Assembly (NCBI GenBank): GCA_964270895.1
Contig: OZ185441.1
Length of the DNA stretch: 64,000 nucleotides
Strand: one strand, 5' to 3'
DNA from: Podarcis filfolensis
Taxonomy: Eukaryota
Position 1 is the stretch's first letter, and the number at the start of each line of letters is the position of its first letter. Positions 59,601 through 64,000 of the stretch are shown piece after piece. Both the position numbers and the translations under genes were made by a program. The notes below the pieces were generated by a model. It saw nothing but the letters and a program-made list of their open reading frames with translations, was not told the DNA's origin and ran no database searches.

Positions 59601-62433
59601 TCCACATTTTGAACACACAATGCTGAAAAACAAGAGTTAAGGTTTAAAATATTTATCTTTGACAACATCTCTCTGTCAATCACGTAGTAGATCAAGTAAC
59701 ATTCAGACTCTGACAATGCTAGACAAGTTTTTTTCCCTCCCCCAGTCTTGCAACACTGGTATGGTAAGATTTTCCCCTGTTCCTGCCTCAAAGTTTTCTA
59801 TCGTGCTACTACATTTTAAATTATTATTTTGGCACAGGAAAACAGGAAACACAAGTTAAACAGCCAGAAGAGTTTATGTAGAGTAGGAATGCAAAGAAAA
59901 ACAAAGCCTGTTAACTGTGGCATACTGTAAAGTAAAATTTCACACTGAAGGTATGTCATTGTTTCAGTCTAACCTTTGGGCAGAACTCTCAGCAGCAGCA
60001 GTGCTTTTAGTTCAGAGCAGGAAATTCCAACACTCCCTTGTCAACAACTCTGATGTTAAAAACGCTGAAGTTAATCCATTTTTAAAACTGGGTGTGTGTA
60101 TTCAAATCCACAGCTACAGATTTTGTTTAGGGTTTTTTTAAAAAAAAGATGTCATGTGACAAATTACTTCCAATTAAAGTTAAAGCTTGCCAAATGAAAA
60201 GAAGAGAGACATACGCTCTGGGCAGCTTAAACCAATACAGTAAAACAAAATAAAGCATTTTGATTTAGTTTCGTGTAACATGGAATTAGCAGGACATTTT
60301 GCATTGAATTTGGGGTGTACAGAAAAGCACGTTACCTGTCCTATTTATGAATGAAAGTAGGTTTTTGTTAAAACCAAGGGGGAAAATACTCAATGTGATT
60401 CTCAGGACTTTGCTTGACACTCTTCACTTAGTCAAATTTCAGAAGGCACCTCAAAGTGTTTTCTGGCACTGACCCAGGGTTAGTGCATGCCATCTTCACA
60501 ACATACAAAGCTAGAGTCATAATGACTGTCCTAATGCTTCATCTGTTGGTTCAACAGAACATGGGTATAAACCCGATGGGTTGAGAGTTCACGGCACTGG
60601 AGCTCAAAGCAATTTCATGTGCACACCACATGAGGTAGAGCGATACATCCTTCTAAAGTGATGACAAAGCTGCAACATGTATGCTAAATTAGCTTCTTAA
60701 GAGTATGCAGCCTACTGTAGCAGAAGAGGTTCTAATAAGATGGAAAATAATTAAATTTCCTCCAAACTTTAAGTCACAATCCAGTATATAGACAGGGCTT
60801 TCATCTTTTCTCCTCAGCAAGCAGCCCCTCATGGTGTGGCAAGCGGAGATTCTAAAGGTCTAAAGCACAGGAAAGTGCAACTTCAGGAAAGAAGACGCTC
60901 AAGAGCATTCACCAGGCAACCTCATGTTTTCAGGCCTTAATGTTGAATTTAACCCTATTCTCCATAGAAGACACATGAACTAACTAATGACTTAATTCTT
61001 GACACTTTCTTTCAGTGCAGCCTTTCAGAAATGAGTAGTGCTTTCAAGATGGATTTATTGAGGACTGAAGATCCAGTCCTTATTACACTTTAAATCACTT
61101 TCTATATAATTTGTGCCTTGTTTAGCAGTTATCACATTTTACCCCAGATGATAATAGGAGTAGCACAATGAATGAACCAAACTGTTTCAAAAGACCACTA
61201 TGAAAGCACAGAACATTAAAATAACCCAACAGAGAAGGGGACAGATTTAAAGGAGAGATGGGGAACCAGCAAAATCTTTGTGGAAACTGCAGCTTGGGTG
61301 GGAAAAGACCAAATGTAAAAAAGGCTTTGTTCAACCCCAACTGCTTTATTTTTTGGAGGCAGGAGGAGGGAATGGAAATCTATGTGCTATGTGTATGGGT
61401 GGCATAAGTGGGGGGTGGCCATGACCAGTTTGTGCATTTCCACACTTGTTATGGCCCAGCCTATCACTGACATGCAGTCCTCAGAGAGTTGGCCAAAAGG
61501 GAATGCAACCTTGAACTGAAAAAGGTTTCTCACCCCGCTTTACTGGAACCTTTAATTAGGATAAATTAATACATTTGCATTTTTCAAACATCTCCGGGGA
61601 AAGTGTCACATGACATTTCATTAGTCACTGCATGACACACAAAGTACTTTCTTATTAAATGTATTGCACAAAACAGCTCTCTTGTCCAAATTGTGCCGTC
61701 GCCTAATCCAAGTAATTCCTCAGGAGTAAAAAGACATTGACGGGAAAGATACATCATTTGGTGGTTCAAAATTTACATAAGCTCTCTAGATTCATATTTG
61801 GGTCAGTCAGATTCCGTTTGATCACATTCCCTTCTTCCTCAGTTGTCTATTCTATTTAAAGTATTTTCATCTATTTAAAGTGTTTTCATCAACAACAGTG
61901 CTTAGATGTATTCTGAAAAGAATCAAGCAGGCCAATCTACAGCTCATGGGGTTTTCAATATACCTAGGACAGACTTCTTCATCCACTGAAATGTTGATTT
62001 TAATTGGTTTGCTGATTTAGATTTATATTTGTAGTCCATCTAGAGTATAATTTATCATGGACAACTGAGATATAAATGTCCAGATAAATAAAAAATATAT
62101 AAAATGTAGACAGTTCTACCGACACATGAAGCAGTTTCTGATATTGCAGCTAATGGGGAAGGCTTTGCACTTCTTAGCACTCCATGTCTGCATTGTATTG
62201 GAGCTGCTGTATGATTTCTGGATCATGACTTGCCAAAAGTTTGTGCTCTTCTTTCCGTTGTAAACATTCTTGAAGAAACAATGGATCCTTACCCTCCTGA
62301 TGATGCCTCTTGGCAAAAGACATATCTCCCTCATGCTGTGCATAGAATCTCTGGATGCACCTTCTCACCACATCTTCCCAGCCAGGTTTCATAGCTGCTC
62401 GCATGGTACTAGTGTCAAGTGAAGTTATCTTGC
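32332..62433 (-). CDS. NCOA2: NCOA2 (nuclear receptor coactivator 2, SRC-2/TIF2/GRIP1), 5'-partial, 15 exons, 3548 coding nt in window
   Basis: The spliced translation follows mammalian NCOA2 from [21 protein letters not shown] (PAS-B) to QEGDASRKYC*. All junctions are GT-AG and phase-consistent. Confidence 0.98.
32401..33200 (+). mobile_element. 5'-truncated L2-clade LINE (ORF2 C-terminus, 3'UTR and (AAT)n tail), antisense in the last NCOA2 intron
   Basis: Decayed peptide [39 protein letters not shown]...HWLPV...[12 protein letters not shown] is the typical L2 ORF2 tail. It carries in-frame stops and ends in GGTATAAATAAATAATAATAAT. Confidence 0.9.
33794..33883 (-). CDS. NCOA2: NCOA2 penultimate exon ([30 protein letters not shown]), not in the ORF track
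   Basis: 90 nt, acceptor CTCCCTGCCGTAG, donor CGG|GTAAGA. Confidence 0.95.
33956..33998. repeat. 43-bp uninterrupted purine-pyrimidine alternation including (GC)7 and (AC)8
   Basis: TGCATGCATACATGCGCGCGCGCGCGCACACACACACACACAC. Confidence 0.95.
34267..34465 (-). CDS. NCOA2: NCOA2 exon, AD2 region ([14 protein letters not shown]...SSMGPEQ)
   Basis: 199 nt, acceptor TTCATCCTGCAG, donor CAG|GTGAGA. Confidence 0.96.
35540..35830 (+). mobile_element. L2-type LINE 3' fragment
   Basis: TGGTAGAATGCTCTCCCCAGGGAG...TTTAGGCGCCAGGC...TGTGAACTGCCGTGAGATC...GTATACAAATTTAATAAC is the typical squamate L2 3' end. Confidence 0.6.
36083..36260 (-). CDS. NCOA2: NCOA2 exon, AD2 region ([24 protein letters not shown]...GNMGGN)
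   Basis: 178 nt, acceptor GTTTTCCAG, donor AG|GTAGGT. Confidence 0.96.
36766..36994 (-). CDS. NCOA2: NCOA2 exon ([16 protein letters not shown]...FPFPPNY)
   Basis: 229 nt, acceptor ACCCTGCAG, donor G|GTATTG. Confidence 0.96.
38187..38265 (-). mobile_element. Sauria-SINE/BovB-type 3' end
   Basis: The minus strand reads CTCTGGTCCATGGGGTCACAAAGAGTCGGAAACGACTAAACAACAAC, the RTE-BovB-like tail. Confidence 0.75.
38549..38583. repeat. (TAG)n(TAA)n microsatellite (LINE tail-like)
   Basis: Seen directly. Confidence 0.9.
38682..38759 (-). CDS. NCOA2: NCOA2 exon ([26 protein letters not shown]), not in the ORF track
   Basis: 78 nt, acceptor CCTTGCCCTAG, donor CAG|GTGAGG. Confidence 0.95.
38863..39069 (+). 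mobile_element. CR1 LINE 3' fragment in a short NCOA2 intron
   Basis: TCATTGGAGGTTTTTAAGCAGAGGCTGGATGGCCATCTGTC...GGGTTGGACTAGATGACC...ATTCTATGATTCTATG is the diagnostic CR1 end. Confidence 0.88.
39115..39393 (-). CDS. NCOA2: NCOA2 exon, Q-rich region (SQAVEPE...HRLQAQQ)
   Basis: 279 nt, tandem acceptor TTCAGCAG, donor CAG|GTATTT. Confidence 0.95.
39575..39822. mobile_element. Tc1/mariner (Tigger-like) MITE, 248 bp
   Basis: TIRs CAGTTGTACCTTGGTTCTCAAAC / GTTCGAGAACCAAGGTATGACTG, flanked by TA on both sides. Confidence 0.88.
40807..41169. repeat. Long inverted repeat: 80-bp arms (40807-40886, 41090-41169; 74/80 identical), 203-bp spacer; possible foldback MITE
   Basis: Arms aligned by hand with 6 substitutions and no gaps. 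No TSD found. Confidence 0.9.
41612..41777 (-). CDS. NCOA2: NCOA2 exon, AD1/CBP-p300 interaction domain (LLDQLYLAL...[13 protein letters not shown])
   Basis: 166 nt, acceptor TTCTTTTTTCAG, donor CAG|GTATTG. Confidence 0.97.
44158..44287 (-). CDS. NCOA2: NCOA2 exon ([44 protein letters not shown]), frame not in the ORF track
   Basis: 130 nt, acceptor CCTTTCTTCAG, donor CG|GTAAGT. Confidence 0.95.
44557..44620. repeat. (TA)n microsatellite
   Basis: Seen directly; pure run 44571-44620. Confidence 0.97.
44753..44968 (-). CDS. NCOA2: NCOA2 exon ([10 protein letters not shown]...QSQVMNM)
   Basis: 216 nt, tandem acceptor CTAGTAG, donor G|GTAAGT. Confidence 0.95.
46012..46218 (-). CDS. NCOA2: NCOA2 exon ([18 protein letters not shown]...GNSSP), symmetric phase 1-1
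   Basis: 207 nt, acceptor CCTCTTTTTAG, donor G|GTAACT. Confidence 0.95.
47212..47273. repeat. 21-bp stem (20/21) hairpin with 20-nt loop, probably a subterminal hairpin of a decayed hAT MITE
   Basis: TTGCTGAACTACAGCTCCCAT...ATGGGAGGTGTAGTTCAGCAA. Confidence 0.75.
47854..48064 (-). CDS. NCOA2: NCOA2 exon ([15 protein letters not shown]...RISQS)
   Basis: 211 nt, AAG acceptor, donor A|GTGAGT. Confidence 0.95.
49420..49510 (+). mobile_element. L2-type 3' tail
   Basis: TGTGAACGACCCTGATGAAGGGCGGTATACAAATTTAATAAATAATAAAT; same motif as 35760-35815. Confidence 0.55.
52448..53711 (-). CDS. NCOA2: NCOA2 large exon with Ser/Thr-rich region and all three NR boxes (KLLQLL, KILHRLL, ALLRYLL)
   Basis: 1264 nt, acceptor CTGTTTCAG, donor CAG|GTAAGA; corresponds to ORF 52256..53692. 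Confidence 0.98.
54181..54556 (+). mobile_element. Possible solo LTR (Gypsy-like)
   Basis: TGTCA...TGACA termini and internal TATTTAAGG. No matching TSD found. Confidence 0.3.
57454..57601 (-). CDS. NCOA2: NCOA2 exon (PAS-B C-terminal part)
   Basis: [50 protein letters not shown]; 148 nt, phase 1-2. Confidence 0.96.
58892..59147. mobile_element. Non-autonomous hAT (Charlie-type) MITE, 256 bp
   Basis: Imperfect 16-bp TIR TAGGGGTGAGCAAACT / CATGGGTAGGCAAACT (12/16); perfect 8-bp TSD CCCTAGTC (58884-58891, 59148-59155). Confidence 0.88.
62293..62433 (-). CDS. NCOA2: NCOA2 exon (PAS-B)
   Basis: [47 protein letters not shown]; acceptor ATACCTTCAG, donor GAG G|GTAAGG; 141 nt. Confidence 0.96.
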
Positions 62434-64000
62434 CTGAAGGTATATAAGGCTGTTATTAGAAACCTACACCTGTTTTTTGTTGTTTTAATAAAAGAAGATT
62501 TGACTTGCACTTTCACAGTACCTTGCAGATCTTGACGAGTGCTAAATGTCTCTGATGAGGGCAGAAGTGGCCTTTCCTTCATTGGAACTCTTCTTGCCAC
62601 ACAAATCAAGCAAGACTGAAGATCTTAAATGGGACAAAATTATTTTTAATTGGAGGAAAAGGTTTGCTAAATCTATGCTAGACCATATAATTTATTTTTT
62701 TAAAACTTACACTAAAACAACAAAGATAAAAATATGACATGCAGAACTGATTATTTCCTTATTGTACCTTCATCCGACAGACCCCTTAAGAATACGTAAA
62801 TGGATTTTCAATCTGCTCACTTTGCTTGCTACACTACATTCAAAATACAACAACAAAGACCTAAATGTATGTGGGAGACAAAACCTAAGTGCTAAAAACC
62901 TTACTCTAACCCTTTTTGTGACACCTCTTGTCTCACACCACCCATTCCTTCTCTGCTACTCCACATCCATAAGGATAGCAATCCAAATCTCTTCTCAAGC
63001 TCAAAGGGCATAGCAATAACCAAACCGGTTCCTTAGATCTATCCTTAGATTCTATCACTTCGAAACATGATAGCATCACATTAGCAATTCCCCCCCCCCC
63101 CGGACTTCTCCAAATAATAAAAAGTGTCTCCCAAATCTTTTGTCCTTCCTCTCATGCTTAGCGTCATATAAATAGCCTCACATTCAGACATCCCCAATTC
63201 AATCCCCAAAACTCCCAACCAAAAGATGAGTAATAACCACACCACAATAACTGTCATACATTTGATAGCTAGTGCTCCTGCTCCCTTCTATTACTTCCAT
63301 GAATTACAAACAGGAAATTTTAAAACACCTACAATGCCAAATGTATAGATGTCTAACAAGCAGGTCTCAAGCACTCCCTGAACAACCCCAAAGCATTAAA
63401 ACCTAAGGGGTCCTTGCCTGGCAGCTGCCCAAGAGCCAAATGGATGTCTGAGTAGATCAGAGAAAAGTAGAAAATGGTCTACACACCAGTTAAAGCCACT
63501 CCAGTGATAGTGAAAGCATTCTGACTTGGGTCACTCATACTCCAACCACAATAACATTAAAGTGTAGATTAGTTTCAGTGTGTTGGAAAGACCATTATAA
63601 AAAATAAGCAGCTGCATTTATTTTCTCTCTCACCTGGGTACTGCATACATCTGGAATGCTGCAGTTTAAATATTTCATTCAAAACACATGCCATGTGTGA
63701 AGACACTTTGGGAATATTTATAAACTTGAAACATTTCAAAGCTGCAGTACCTCAAAAGTGAATCTCATATTTCAAGATAAGCCAAAAGAAAAGAATAAGC
63801 AATTTTGTAGACTGTAAAACCGTAATTTCAGGAAACTAAAAGAAGGGGAAGTGCAGTGTTTCCAAAGAAAAAAAAATCAGTGGGCCAGTTCTGCTTATGC
63901 TTTATTCACTGCAGCAAATCCCACCACAATTTCTCCCCTAATTTCTATGCACACCTATTTTGGAGGGAGTGCCAGTGAAAAGAGTAGGACCCTGTTTAAG

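Overview
Vertebrate genomic DNA, most likely a squamate reptile and probably a lacertid lizard, judged from the SINE, L2/CR1 and hAT MITE repertoire. It holds two minus-strand genes in the order I recall from mammals. (1) A complete PRDM14 gene: 8 predicted coding exons from 18236 to 8519, about 546 aa (520 aa from the exon-2 ATG), with a PR/SET domain, 6 zinc fingers, a TATA/Inr promoter near 18344/18314 and a broad CpG-rich domain. (2) The 3' three-quarters of NCOA2 (SRC-2/TIF2/GRIP1): 15 coding exons from 62433 to 32332, about 1182 codons, running from PAS-B through the three LxxLL boxes, AD1, the Q-rich region and AD2, then a long 3'UTR interrupted by two N gaps. All exon boundaries were read by hand; they are GT-AG and phase-consistent. 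The rest is introns, intergenic DNA, LINE/SINE fragments, several MITEs with clear TIRs/TSDs, and microsatellites. There are no rRNA, tRNA or CRISPR features and I found no convincing novel multi-gene system. The best leads are regulatory hypotheses: a candidate poison exon in the loop of an 80-bp inverted repeat in an NCOA2 intron; an orphan CpG-island promoter with a candidate spliced plus-strand transcript and micropeptide; a palindromic TATA box and an in-frame 99-nt first intron at PRDM14; and two very small hAT MITEs with perfect 8-bp TSDs upstream of PRDM14. All comparisons to human/mouse proteins and repeat families are from memory, not from a database search.
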